From Deltaproteobacteria bacterium (lineage in GTDB: Bacteria > Myxococcota_A > UBA9160 > UBA4427): a stretch of 34,980 bases of DNA. Position 1 is the stretch's first letter; every line of letters starts with the position of its first letter. The stretch covers positions 1 to 34,980 of the forward strand of contig DRKE01000369.1 in NCBI GenBank assembly GCA_011051925.1, in the 5' to 3' direction. The notes beneath the pieces are model-generated. The model was not told where the DNA came from, did not search any database, and saw nothing but the letters and a program-made list of their open reading frames with translations. The translations under genes and the position numbers were made by a program. Positions 1 through 8,802 of the stretch are shown piece by piece.

Positions 1-435
1 GATCATGGCGTTGAAGGCCCGACAGATCGCCCAGGTGAAGGGAATCAGATCCCGATTGTCGGCAACGGCTTCGAGGAGCCGATCCGCCGCGAAGGTATGG
101 AACGCGTCCATCGCACCCGCACACACGAACGCGAACCCGATGATCGGAAGAAACGGATCCCGGACGATCCGGTACTGGACGAGGGCGAGCATCCCGCCGA
201 AGGCCGCGAAACAGACAGCCGTCCACTCGAGGAGGGTGTGGGTGAAACTTCCTCGGAGAGCAAGATGGGCATTCTCGAATGCCGGACTCGAGAGGAGGGC
301 ATCGTCAACCGGAGCAGACGGCATCCCGAGATCGATGCCGAGCGCGATCAGGATCGCGGGAAACGCGGACAAGAAGAGCAGGATGGGCGCCCATCGTCGA
401 ACGCGGTCGTTGCTCGCCCTGCCTGCCGTCTCCAT
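1..435 (-). CDS. Membrane sensor protein N-terminus (MASE3-like), truncated at the left window edge; probably a histidine kinase or similar signalling protein
   Basis: Absent from the ORF track. My translation of the minus frame gives METAGRASNDRVRRWAPILLFLSAFPAILIALG...GSFTHTLLEWTAVCFAAFGGMLALVQYRIVRDPFLPIIGFAFVCAGAMDAFHTFAADRLLEAVADNRDLIPFTWAICRAFNAMI. It has several TM helices and the HTLLE / DAFHT / FTW pattern of MASE3. A purine-rich RBS precedes ATG 435; alternative start at 468. Confidence 0.75.
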   Translation of the reverse strand, partial: METAGRASNDRVRRWAPILLFLSAFPAILIALGIDLGMPSAPVDDALLSSPAFENAHLALRGSFTHTLLEWTAVCFAAFGGMLALVQYRIVRDPFLPIIGFAFVCAGAMDAFHTFAADRLLEAVADNRDLIPFTWAICRAFNAMI

Positions 436-728
436 GCCCGCCCCTTCCCTTCGAATCGAGCGGATCATGACGCCTTCGCTCGAAACGGGTCACGCCTTGC
501 CGAGGCGGATTCCCCTTCTGCCGGAGCGGCACCCCGGAAGGCCGGATTGAGCCGCTCGGCATCGGCTGGGGCATGGATCTCCGCTCTGCCCTCCCTTCTC
601 TCGATCGGGGGATCGAGTGAAACACCGACGATCCCGAGGACCAGCGCTGGACCCGGTCGGCGGAATCCGGGCGGCTCATGCGTTCCGCCGGTCTTGACGA
701 TCCAGCCACCTGGCACGGGGAGGTGGAC

Positions 729-2864
729 TTGAGGCTGTTGTTGGTCGAGGACGATTCGAGCACGCGTCGGATGCTCGAAGGCCTCTTTGTGGGCCAGGGC
801 TACGAAGTCACGGCCTGCCCGAATGGCGAAGCGGCCCTGGTTCGCCACGCCGAGGATCCTTTTCCCTTCATCGCGCTCGACCTCTCCCTGCCCGGCATGA
901 GCGGGCTCGAGGTCTGCAGGCTGATTCGTGCGCGCCGCGACGGGGATCGCGCCTATATTCTCGTCATCACGTCGAGTACGGCGCCGGAGCGTCTCCAGGA
1001 GACACTCGCCGCCGGAGCGAACGACTATCTCGTCAAGCCGGTCAGCCTCGACCTCCTGCATGTCCGCCTGGCCGTCGCGAATCGGCATATCCATGAAGTC
1101 GAGCGGCGTTTCACGCTGGAAGAGCAGAACACGGCGACACGATCCGAGATCAGCGACATCATCCGCTCGATTCCGGACATGCTTCTCGTTCTCGATCGAA
1201 GCGGACGGATCCTCAGGACGAACCAGAGGGTGACGGAGATCCTGGGCTACGAGCAGGACGAGCTGGTCGGCGGCTCGGCGAACCGGATCTTCGGTCCGGC
1301 CTTTGCGGAATGTTTCGCGTCGGAATCTCCGAAATGGGAGAGTCCGTTCCACAATCTCGATATCGTCCTGACGGCTCGTGACGGTCGCCAGATTTCCGTT
1401 CTCGTTTCCGGCGCGCCTCTCCGCGCGTCGACCGAAGGTTCCGGAGGTGGAATCGTCTGCATCGCCAAGGACATGAGCGAACGGAATCGTGCCGAGGAAC
1501 GCATCCGGACCCTGGCCTTCTATGATGGCCTGACCGGTCTCCCGAATCGACATCTCATGCAGGAGCGCGTTCGCGCCGCGATGGCCTCGGCGAGGAAACA
1601 CGGGCGATCGCTCGCACTGCTCTTCCTCGACCTCGATCAGTTCAAACACGTCAACGACACCCTCGGACATCAGGTGGGCGATCGGCTGCTTCGCGACGTG
1701 TCCTCCCGTCTGATCGAGAGCGTCCGGCTGACCGACACGGTCGGTCGCAACGGCGCTACGGCCCAATCGGGCACGGTATCGCGGTTCGGGGGCGACGAGT
1801 TCACGATCCTGCTCACCGATATCGACGACGCGAATGGCGCGAGCCTGGTGGCCAACCGGATCCTGTCGGCCCTGGCAGAGCCCTTCGAGGTCGACGGGCG
1901 TGAGCTCTACTCCGGAGCGAGCATCGGCATCGCCATGTTCCCAGGAGATGGCAACGACGCCGAATCCCTCCTCCAAAGCGCCGATACGGCCATGTACGAC
2001 GCCAAGAGCCAGGGACGAAGTGGTTTCCGGTTCTTCACCCAGCCGATGAACGAAGCCGCCTCGAAGCGGCTCTCGATCGAGAACCGGCTGCGACGCGCCC
2101 TCGAGCGCGACGAGTTCGCGCTCCACTTCCAGCCGCTCCAGGCTTCGCGCACGGGCGCGCTCACCGGTGCCGAAGTACTGCTGCGCTGGCATCCAACGGG
2201 CGGAAAGCCGATCTCACCGGCCGACTTCATTCCCGTGGCCGAGGAAACCGGTCTGATCGTCGCGATCGGCGAATGGGTCCTCCGCGAAGCCTGCCGGCAG
2301 GCGGCGCGCTGGAATCGCTCCGGTCACCCACCGATCCGGATCTCCGTCAACCTTTCGACACGACAGCTTCGCGACGAGGCACTCTGCGAGACGGTTTTCG
2401 ATTGTCTGCGGGAGGGCGACCTCGACCCGTCACAGCTCGAATTGGAGATCACGGAAACGGCCGTCATGCAGGAATACGAAGCCTCCATCTCGGCGCTGCG
2501 CCGACTCGCCGAAGCGGGAATCGGCCTGTGTCTCGACGATTTCGGGACTGGATACTCATCGCTGGCGTATATCCGCCGCTTCCCGATCGAACGGATCAAG
2601 ATCGATCAATCCTTCGTATCGACGATCACGGAATGCCGGGATGACGCGATCTTCTCGGCCGCGATCATCGCCATGGCTCATACCCTCGGGCTCGACGTGG
2701 TCGGTGAAGGGGTCGAGACGACCGAACAGGCCGAGCTCCTCACCGCGCAGGGATGCGACGAACTCCAGGGTTTCCTCTTCAGCCGGCCCTGCCCCGCGGC
2801 TGGATTCGAACGTCTCCTGACCGGCAGCGGGGATCCGAAACCCGACGAAGAGGGATCCGACTGA
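729..2864 (+). CDS. Response-regulator diguanylate cyclase/phosphodiesterase (REC-PAS-GGDEF-EAL)
   Basis: REC motifs (LLVEDD, ALDLSLPGMSG, DYLVKP), a PAS domain, DGLTGLPNR, FKHVNDTLGH, RFGGDEF, AEVLLRW, LELEITE, DDFGTGYSS and ELQGFLFSRP. The ORF opens at 678; the likely start is TTG 729 (or GTG 723) after GGGGAGG. Confidence 0.95.
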   Translation: MRLLLVEDDSSTRRMLEGLFVGQGYEVTACPNGEAALVRHAEDPFPFIALDLSLPGMSGLEVCRLIRARRDGDRAYILVITSSTAPERLQETLAAGANDYLVKPVSLDLLHVRLAVANRHIHEVERRFTLEEQNTATRSEISDIIRSIPDMLLVLDRSGRILRTNQRVTEILGYEQDELVGGSANRIFGPAFAECFASESPKWESPFHNLDIVLTARDGRQISVLVSGAPLRASTEGSGGGIVCIAKDMSERNRAEERIRTLAFYDGLTGLPNRHLMQERVRAAMASARKHGRSLALLFLDLDQFKHVNDTLGHQVGDRLLRDVSSRLIESVRLTDTVGRNGATAQSGTVSRFGGDEFTILLTDIDDANGASLVANRILSALAEPFEVDGRELYSGASIGIAMFPGDGNDAESLLQSADTAMYDAKSQGRSGFRFFTQPMNEAASKRLSIENRLRRALERDEFALHFQPLQASRTGALTGAEVLLRWHPTGGKPISPADFIPVAEETGLIVAIGEWVLREACRQAARWNRSGHPPIRISVNLSTRQLRDEALCETVFDCLREGDLDPSQLELEITETAVMQEYEASISALRRLAEAGIGLCLDDFGTGYSSLAYIRRFPIERIKIDQSFVSTITECRDDAIFSAAIIAMAHTLGLDVVGEGVETTEQAELLTAQGCDELQGFLFSRPCPAAGFERLLTGSGDPKPDEEGSD

Positions 2865-2878
2865 AGCGAATCGGGGCA

Positions 2879-3964
2879 TCAGCGAAGCAGACGCCTTCCT
2901 CGGCGCAGCACACGACGGAGGCGCTTGCGGAGCCGGACCGACCGGCTCTCGCCTGATTTCGGATCGATCCGGATCCGGCTGAAGGCGGCGCGTATGGCCG
3001 CCACCTCGTCTTCATCGAGCCGGGCCCCCGCGGCCGCGGCGTTGGCCGTCACCTGCTCGACGGCACTCGCACCGGCGATCACCGCCGAAACCTCGTCGCG
3101 ATGAAGCAGCACGGCGAGACAGACCTGGGCCAGCGTCATGCCCTTCGCCCTCGCAACGGGCTCCACCACGGAGCGCAGGACCTCGTTCACCCGCCGAGCG
3201 TTGTCGGGATGGAATCCCGATCGGCCCGAACGGCCGTCAAGGGGTCGCGGATCGGGACCGAGCAGCCGACCGGCCAGCAGGCCCGCGTCCAGGGGCGAAT
3301 AGGCCAGCACGCCGATGCCGGTCTCGCGAACGAGGGGGAAGATCTCGTCCTCCGCGGCGCGATGGATCAGGTTGTATTCCAGTTGATCGCTCGCCAGGCC
3401 GGGCCGGCCCGGCGCATCCAGGAATCGAATCGTCTCCTCGAGTGCGTCTGCGCGGAAATTCGAAACACCAATCGCCCGAACCTTCCCCTCGGTCACGAGT
3501 TCGACGAGCGTGCCCAGGGATTCCGCCAGAGGCGTATCGGGATCGGGATGATGGATCTGACAGAGATCGATCCGATCCGTTTCCAGTCGCGCGAGGCTTT
3601 CTTCCACATCCCGGCGGATCGATTCCGGCCGACTGTCACGCCGCACGGCGCGCCGGAGGCCAGACGCGTCCGTGAACTCGAAGAGGGTCTCGCCGTGATC
3701 GGAATCCCAGCGCAGGCCGACCTTGGTGAGGATCTCGACGCGGTCCCGCTTGCCGCGGATCGCACGACCGACCAGTCGTTCTCCCTCGCCGAAACCGTAG
3801 AGCGGAGCCGTGTCGATAGTCGTGATTCCGCGTTCGACGGCCGCCTGGATCGTCCGGATCCGGTCCGATTCGAGTTGCCTGCCCTGGGGCATCGAACCGA
3901 AAACGACTCGCGATACCTCGAGCGGCCCATGGCCCAGGACGATCCTCGGAACGTCTTCAGACAA
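2879..3964 (-). CDS. Aldo/keto reductase
   Basis: IDTAPLYGFG, ILTKVG, SLARLETDRIDLCQIHHPD, GKVRAIGVSNF, QLEYNL and LAYSPL. Confidence 0.95.
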   Translation of the reverse strand: MSEDVPRIVLGHGPLEVSRVVFGSMPQGRQLESDRIRTIQAAVERGITTIDTAPLYGFGEGERLVGRAIRGKRDRVEILTKVGLRWDSDHGETLFEFTDASGLRRAVRRDSRPESIRRDVEESLARLETDRIDLCQIHHPDPDTPLAESLGTLVELVTEGKVRAIGVSNFRADALEETIRFLDAPGRPGLASDQLEYNLIHRAAEDEIFPLVRETGIGVLAYSPLDAGLLAGRLLGPDPRPLDGRSGRSGFHPDNARRVNEVLRSVVEPVARAKGMTLAQVCLAVLLHRDEVSAVIAGASAVEQVTANAAAAGARLDEDEVAAIRAAFSRIRIDPKSGESRSVRLRKRLRRVLRRGRRLLR

Positions 3965-3975
3965 GACCGTTCGAC

Positions 3976-5733
3976 TCAGCCCTCGAAGCCACGCTGGGCA
4001 CCCCGGATCAACTGGCCTGGCAATGCTCCCGTCGCCTCGCCGTTCTCGAAAACGACCTGCCCGGACACGATCGTCGCCGAATAGCCCTTCGCCCCCTGGT
4101 AGAGGCGCCGTCCCGAAGCGGGAAAATCATGGCGCATGTGAGGAGCGCCGAGACCGAGGTTCTCGAAATCGATGACGTTCACGTCGGCCTTCAAGCCGGG
4201 CCGGAGGATGCCACGATCATGCAGACCGTACTGATGGGCGGTATCGGCCGTCTGCCGGCGAACGATGAACTCGAGTGGCATCCGATCGCCGCGGGTGCGA
4301 TCCCGCACCCAATGCATCAGCATGAACGTCGGCGTTCCCGCATCACAGATCGCGCCGCAATGGGCACCGCCGTCCGCCAGACTCAATCCCGTCTGTGGGT
4401 GGAGCATCGTCTCCTCGATCGCATCGAAGCGATTCGTCCCGTATCCGAAGAGCGGGAAATAGATGAGCCCCTGGCCTTCCTGGTCCATCATCGCGTCGTA
4501 CACGATCTCGGCCGGCGTCCGACCCGTCGATTCCACCTGGCCCGCCACCGAACTCGAGGGGTCGGGTTCGTAGTCGTGTCCGCCCCCCATCGGATACATC
4601 TTGTAGGTCGCGGCCGTCAGGAATTGCAGGAAGACGGCAGGGATCGGTGCGTTCCTGGGCAGCGCATCGGTCCGCAGCTCGCCACCCTCGAGCAACCGGG
4701 CCTTCACCTCGGGTCTGCGCAGCTGCTCGAGGCGCTCCTTGATCGGAAGCCTCATCAACTTCACGTATTCGGGATGCCCGAGGAAGGGATGGACGCTCGT
4801 TTCCCAACCCATGAGGACGCCGACCGGCCGTCCCGAGAACTGGCCACGGAGATTCGTGATCCCTTCGGCCCGCGCCTCGTCGAGTCCACGCAGCGCCTCC
4901 TTGTAGAGGTCGGGCGCTTCGTCGATCTGCTGGAGGTTGAAGGTCACCATGCGACCCGTCTCCCGGGCCAGCTCCTTCATCCATGCCATCTCGTTCGGAA
5001 CTTCGCGATGGGTCAGGCTCATCTGGAAGACGCCTGCATTCTCCCTGGCGAGCGCGGCGCCGATTCCGAAGAGTTCGTCCCGCTCGGCAAAGGTTCCCGG
5101 AACCGGATCTCCTTTCAGCGTGTTGTGCATCTCCGTGCGGGAGGTCGAGAATCCCAGCGCTCCGGCGCGGATGGCCTCGCCGACGATTTCCTGCATGCGT
5201 GCGATGTCCTCGGCCGTCGCCGCCTCGTTGTCGATCCCGCGCTGACCCATCACGTAGGCCCTGAGGGCGCAATGCGGAACCTGGAGGCCGTAATCGATCG
5301 CATGTTCCCGCCGCTCGAGGGCCTCCATGAATTCAGGGAACGTCTCCCATTCCCATTGGATTCCCTCGTGCATGGCCGATCCGGGGATATCCTCGACCGC
5401 CTCCATCAGATCGATCAATTCATCCCGCAGGGACTCCCGGACGGGGGCGAATCCGACGCCACAATTGCCAAGCACGACCGTCGTGACGCCATGCTCCGAA
5501 GAGGGGGAGAACATCGGGTCCCAGGTCGCCTGGGCGTCGTAGTGTGCATGGATGTCGACCCAGCCGGGCGTCACGAGTTGGCCGTCCGCATCGATCTCCC
5601 GATGTCCCGTCCCGACATCGTCGCCAACCGCCGTGATGCGATCGCCGTCGATGGCGAGGTCTCCGCGTCGGGGGGCACTCCCCGTTCCGTCCACGAGGGT
5701 TCCCCCCCGGATGACCAGATCGTGTTCACTCAT
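3976..5733 (-). CDS. N-acyl-D-amino-acid deacylase family amidohydrolase
   Basis: LVIRGGTLVDGTG, TPGWVDIHAHYD, GVTTVVLGNCGVGFAP, DGGAH, RGILRPGLKADVNVID and ATGALPG. Confidence 0.92.
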   Translation of the reverse strand: MSEHDLVIRGGTLVDGTGSAPRRGDLAIDGDRITAVGDDVGTGHREIDADGQLVTPGWVDIHAHYDAQATWDPMFSPSSEHGVTTVVLGNCGVGFAPVRESLRDELIDLMEAVEDIPGSAMHEGIQWEWETFPEFMEALERREHAIDYGLQVPHCALRAYVMGQRGIDNEAATAEDIARMQEIVGEAIRAGALGFSTSRTEMHNTLKGDPVPGTFAERDELFGIGAALARENAGVFQMSLTHREVPNEMAWMKELARETGRMVTFNLQQIDEAPDLYKEALRGLDEARAEGITNLRGQFSGRPVGVLMGWETSVHPFLGHPEYVKLMRLPIKERLEQLRRPEVKARLLEGGELRTDALPRNAPIPAVFLQFLTAATYKMYPMGGGHDYEPDPSSSVAGQVESTGRTPAEIVYDAMMDQEGQGLIYFPLFGYGTNRFDAIEETMLHPQTGLSLADGGAHCGAICDAGTPTFMLMHWVRDRTRGDRMPLEFIVRRQTADTAHQYGLHDRGILRPGLKADVNVIDFENLGLGAPHMRHDFPASGRRLYQGAKGYSATIVSGQVVFENGEATGALPGQLIRGAQRGFEG

Positions 5734-5750
5734 GGTGTCGCTCCTCTTCG

Positions 5751-5778
5751 CGGCGGGAACTCGCTTCGGTTCCCGTCG
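5751..5778. other. Intergenic 10-bp stem-loop between tetR and the deacylase gene
   Basis: CGGCGGGAAC-N8-GTTCCCGTCG. There is no U-tract, so it could be a terminator or an mRNA stability element. Confidence 0.4.
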
Positions 5779-5799
5779 GTCTTCACGTCGCCCGGACGC

Positions 5800-6585
5800 T
5801 CATTCGTCGGACGTCAACAGGGAATCGAGCGCCGACTCCGGAGAGGCGGCGAAGGCTTCGGAAAGCGCGAGCTCGACGACCCGGTCGACCGCCCGGGCGC
5901 GAGCCCCCCAACCGACCAGCAACGTCGCGAGCAGGCCTCGCGCGATCCGGGTCGAGTCGATGCGAGCGGTCGCGTGGCGAGCCAGCTTGCGAGTCTGGAC
6001 CACGCCCTGCAGGCTCGCCCAGATGGTCACCGCGCGCCCACTCTCGTCGCCGGGCCCGAGAGCCCCGCAATCCTGCGCGATCCGCAACCGTGATGCCAGA
6101 TCCGAAAGCGCCGACCAGGCCATCTCGAAGACCCGCGCCGCCTCGTGATCCGAAAGTGTGTACTCCGGCGCGCTGAGATCCGTCGAGAGAATGCCGAATT
6201 CGACAGGCGAACTTCGCGAGAACTCCTCGAAGACGAAGGCGGAAACCGTCACGTCGAGCAGGGCCCTTTCCTGCTCGGAGAGCCGGATCCGTCTGGCATG
6301 GTCCTCGGCGAGACCGACCCTCGCCCGCGTCGTCTCCGCGAGCGCCGAGATGATCGCCCTCTGCAGCTCGGCGACGAGCGCGTCCTTCGACGGGAAATAG
6401 CGGTAGAGCGCCGCACTGGTCACACCCTGGCGTTCCGCCAGGCGTTTCAGCGTCAGGGCGTCCCGCCCTTCGGCCGTGACGATCTCGAGGGCGATGCGCA
6501 GGATCTCCCGGATCCTGGCCTGACGCTTGCGCGCCACGTGCGGACTGTGACGTGCCTCGGCGAGATCGTATACTTCATGAACCAT
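5800..6585 (-). CDS. TetR/AcrR family transcriptional regulator
   Basis: HTH region ILRIALEIVTAEGRDALTLKRLAERQGVTSAALYRYFPSKDAL, and C-terminal TIWASLQGVV. True start taken as ATG 6585; the rest of track ORF 5800..7518 is antisense to the methyltransferase. Confidence 0.92.
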   Translation of the reverse strand: MVHEVYDLAEARHSPHVARKRQARIREILRIALEIVTAEGRDALTLKRLAERQGVTSAALYRYFPSKDALVAELQRAIISALAETTRARVGLAEDHARRIRLSEQERALLDVTVSAFVFEEFSRSSPVEFGILSTDLSAPEYTLSDHEAARVFEMAWSALSDLASRLRIAQDCGALGPGDESGRAVTIWASLQGVVQTRKLARHATARIDSTRIARGLLATLLVGWGARARAVDRVVELALSEAFAASPESALDSLLTSDE

Positions 6586-6591
6586 CCAAAA

Positions 6592-6620
6592 AAAGTAAAC
6601 TAGATTCACGAATCTGACAA
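6592..6620 (-). promoter_or_regulatory. Sigma-70-type promoter for tetR, predicting a leaderless mRNA, with overlapping operator palindrome
   Basis: Minus strand reads TTGTCA(6620-6615)-N17-TACTTT(6597-6592)-N6-ATG(6585). Inverted repeat AGATTC-AC-GAATCT at 6602-6615. The region is an AT-rich island. Confidence 0.65.
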
Positions 6621-6718
6621 GCGGCCCGGGCGCCTCTCTACAGGGACATCGCAGCGGGACGCATGGCGGCCCCCGTTCCCCCATGGTACCTGTGGCGACC
6701 GACCAGCGGGGGATCGAC

Positions 6719-7591
6719 ATGACACAGCGGGCGGAAGACGGGCCGAATGCCCAGCAGGCCGAATACTGGAACGACGTCTCGGGGCGCCGATGGGTCGAGA
6801 TGGGAGACGTGATCGACGCCCAGATCGCCCCGCTCGGCCGGACCGCCATGGAACGCGCGGGGATCGAACCCGGGGAGCGGATCGTGGACGTCGGCTGCGG
6901 CTGCGGCCAGACCACCCTCGAGCTGGCTGCTCGCGTTGGCGAAAAGGGTCGCGTGCTCGGACTCGATATTTCGCAGCCGATGCTCGAGAGCGCCCGCGAC
7001 CGGGCGGCTCGCGAGGGCACGAAACAGGTCAGCTTCGAGCAAGCCGATGCACAGACCCACGAATTCGAGGCCGGGACCTTCGATCTCCTCTTTTCCCGAT
7101 TCGGCGTGATGTTCTTCTCGTCACCGGCCGAAGCCTTCGCGAACCTGCGCTCGGCCCTTCGTCCGGGCGGGCGCCTGACGTTCATCGCCTGGCAGGAACC
7201 GAACAAGAATCCCTGGATGATCCTCCCCGCGATGGCCGCCTTCAAGCATCTTCCCGCGCCGGAATCTCCTCCCGATCCGACCGCACCGGGCCCCTTCGCT
7301 TTCGCGGACCCGGAGCGCGTCGAGGGCATCCTTCGCGAAGCCGGTTTCCAGGACGTCGGACTCGAGGCGCTGGAACGCGATCTGCTCGTCGGAGGAGGTC
7401 GTCCACTCGACGAGACGGTCGAGTTCCTCGCCCAGCTCGGTCCGGCCGGAGCCGCGCTTCGCGAGGCCAGCCCCGAACTCCGACAGACGGTCATGCGGGA
7501 GATCCACGATGCGATCACGTCCTATCAGGTCGACGACGGCATTCGGATGCCGAGCGCGACCTGGATCGCGAGTGCAAGGAACCCCGGATGA
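6719..7591 (+). CDS. Class I SAM-dependent methyltransferase
   Basis: IVDVGCGCG, LGLDIS, EQADAQ, FDLLFSRFGVMFF, LRPGGRL and PGPFAFAD. Start 6719 has a G-rich RBS; the ORF opens at 6683. Confidence 0.92.
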   Translation: MTQRAEDGPNAQQAEYWNDVSGRRWVEMGDVIDAQIAPLGRTAMERAGIEPGERIVDVGCGCGQTTLELAARVGEKGRVLGLDISQPMLESARDRAAREGTKQVSFEQADAQTHEFEAGTFDLLFSRFGVMFFSSPAEAFANLRSALRPGGRLTFIAWQEPNKNPWMILPAMAAFKHLPAPESPPDPTAPGPFAFADPERVEGILREAGFQDVGLEALERDLLVGGGRPLDETVEFLAQLGPAGAALREASPELRQTVMREIHDAITSYQVDDGIRMPSATWIASARNPG

Positions 7592-7632
7592 ATCGACTCT
7601 TTCCCTCCCCGACCCCACGGAGAACCACAACC

Positions 7633-8148
7633 ATGTCCGCTCGTCTCTTCCGGCCGCTCGTCCCCCTTCTCCTCCTCACCTTGATGATCTCGACCCTGGC
7701 GTCGGGTTCCGCCTCTGCCGAGAGCAAACCCGACAATTCCGCCGCCCTGGACGGCGTGAAGCGAACGAAGGCCGTCTTCCTGATCCGATTCGACGAACCC
7801 GGTCGAACGGGTTCCTTCATGAAGGCCATCCTCGCGACCGACAAGGGGCTGGAAGAGGAGGGGGTCGAATCCGACATGGTGGTCGTCTTCATCGGCAAGG
7901 CCGTCCGGTTCCTGACGACGACCCCCGACGCGGAGATCGCCCGGGAACACGGCAAGGCGCTGGAGACGATCGCCGAGACCGCCAGGGACCTGAAGTCCCG
8001 CGGAATCCGCATGGAGGTCTGCGGTGCGGCGACGAAGCGCTTCGGCGTCGACAACGCGACGATCCTCGATGAAATGGATGTCGTCGGCAACGGATTCATC
8101 TCCCTGATCGGTTGGCAGACACAGGGCTATGTTCCCATGACCTTCTGA
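7633..8148 (+). CDS. Exported DsrE-family protein
   Basis: Signal peptide MSARLFRPLVPLLLLTLMISTLASGSASA, then VVVFIGKAVRFL, GIRMEVCG and VVGNGFISLIGWQTQGY. C-terminal part of track ORF 6790..8148; GGAG RBS before 7633. Confidence 0.8.
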   Translation: MSARLFRPLVPLLLLTLMISTLASGSASAESKPDNSAALDGVKRTKAVFLIRFDEPGRTGSFMKAILATDKGLEEEGVESDMVVVFIGKAVRFLTTTPDAEIAREHGKALETIAETARDLKSRGIRMEVCGAATKRFGVDNATILDEMDVVGNGFISLIGWQTQGYVPMTF

Positions 8149-8265
8149 ATGGACGGGAACGCGACGATCGGGCACGGTCCCGATCGGCACCCGGCGGCCT
8201 GGAATCCCGCCAGGACGCGCGAAGAAAAAGAAGAGCAAGGAAGAAGGAAAGAAGAAAGGAGCCCC

Positions 8266-8619
8266 ATGCCCCCCGTCACGATCATGGAACTACTTGAAAA
8301 GTGCAAGGAGAAGACGGCGCTCTGTGACGCACGAGAGGCTGCCCACCGGATCAAGAACGATGGGGATCTCGTCCTGATCGATGTTCGCGAACCAGGCGAA
8401 TTCGAAGAGAATCCCGTTCCCGGCGCCGTCAACATCCCCCGCGGATTCCTGGAATTCAAGATCTGCGAAACCTGCCCGGAAGATCATGCTCCGATCCTGC
8501 TCCACTGTCGGACGGGAGGTCGTGCGGTCCTCGCCGCGAAGACCCTCGCGGAGATGGGCTACCGCAACGTCGCCGCCTACCAGGGGACCGTCGACGAATT
8601 GCTCGCGGCACTCGAATAG
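8266..8619 (+). CDS. Single-domain rhodanese (sulfurtransferase)
   Basis: LIDVREPGEF, PGAVNIPRGFLEF, active loop CRTGGR and LAEMGY. AAGGAG RBS before ATG 8266. Confidence 0.93.
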   Translation: MPPVTIMELLEKCKEKTALCDAREAAHRIKNDGDLVLIDVREPGEFEENPVPGAVNIPRGFLEFKICETCPEDHAPILLHCRTGGRAVLAAKTLAEMGYRNVAAYQGTVDELLAALE

Positions 8620-8768
8620 GGGACTTCGGGCCGCCCCGGGATCCCGTCCCCTCGAGGAATTCCCGCGACTTCGCCGGCGTGAAACGGGCGCATGGGCCTG
8701 GAACCGACCGATTCGGGCGCGAGCCGCCCTCTCCCCCGCTCGGCGGTCGATCGCGGCCGGTCGGGATT

Positions 8769-8784
8769 CAAGCCGATCGGCTTG
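8769..8784. promoter_or_regulatory. Perfect 16-bp palindrome within a possible sigma-28-like promoter
   Basis: CAAGCCGATCGGCTTG is self-complementary. It overlaps TCAAG(8768)-N15-GCCGATTG(8788). Confidence 0.4.
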
Positions 8785-8802
8785 CTGGCCGATTGCTTCT
8801 GC

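Noticed and set aside
5-732. Plus-strand ORFs 5..550 and 97..732
   Set aside because: Antisense shadows of the minus-strand MASE3-like gene.
5800-8148. Apparent long fusions: TetR 572 aa and DsrE 452 aa
   Set aside because: The N-terminal extensions overlap the methyltransferase gene. Internal starts with a promoter or RBS explain the real proteins.
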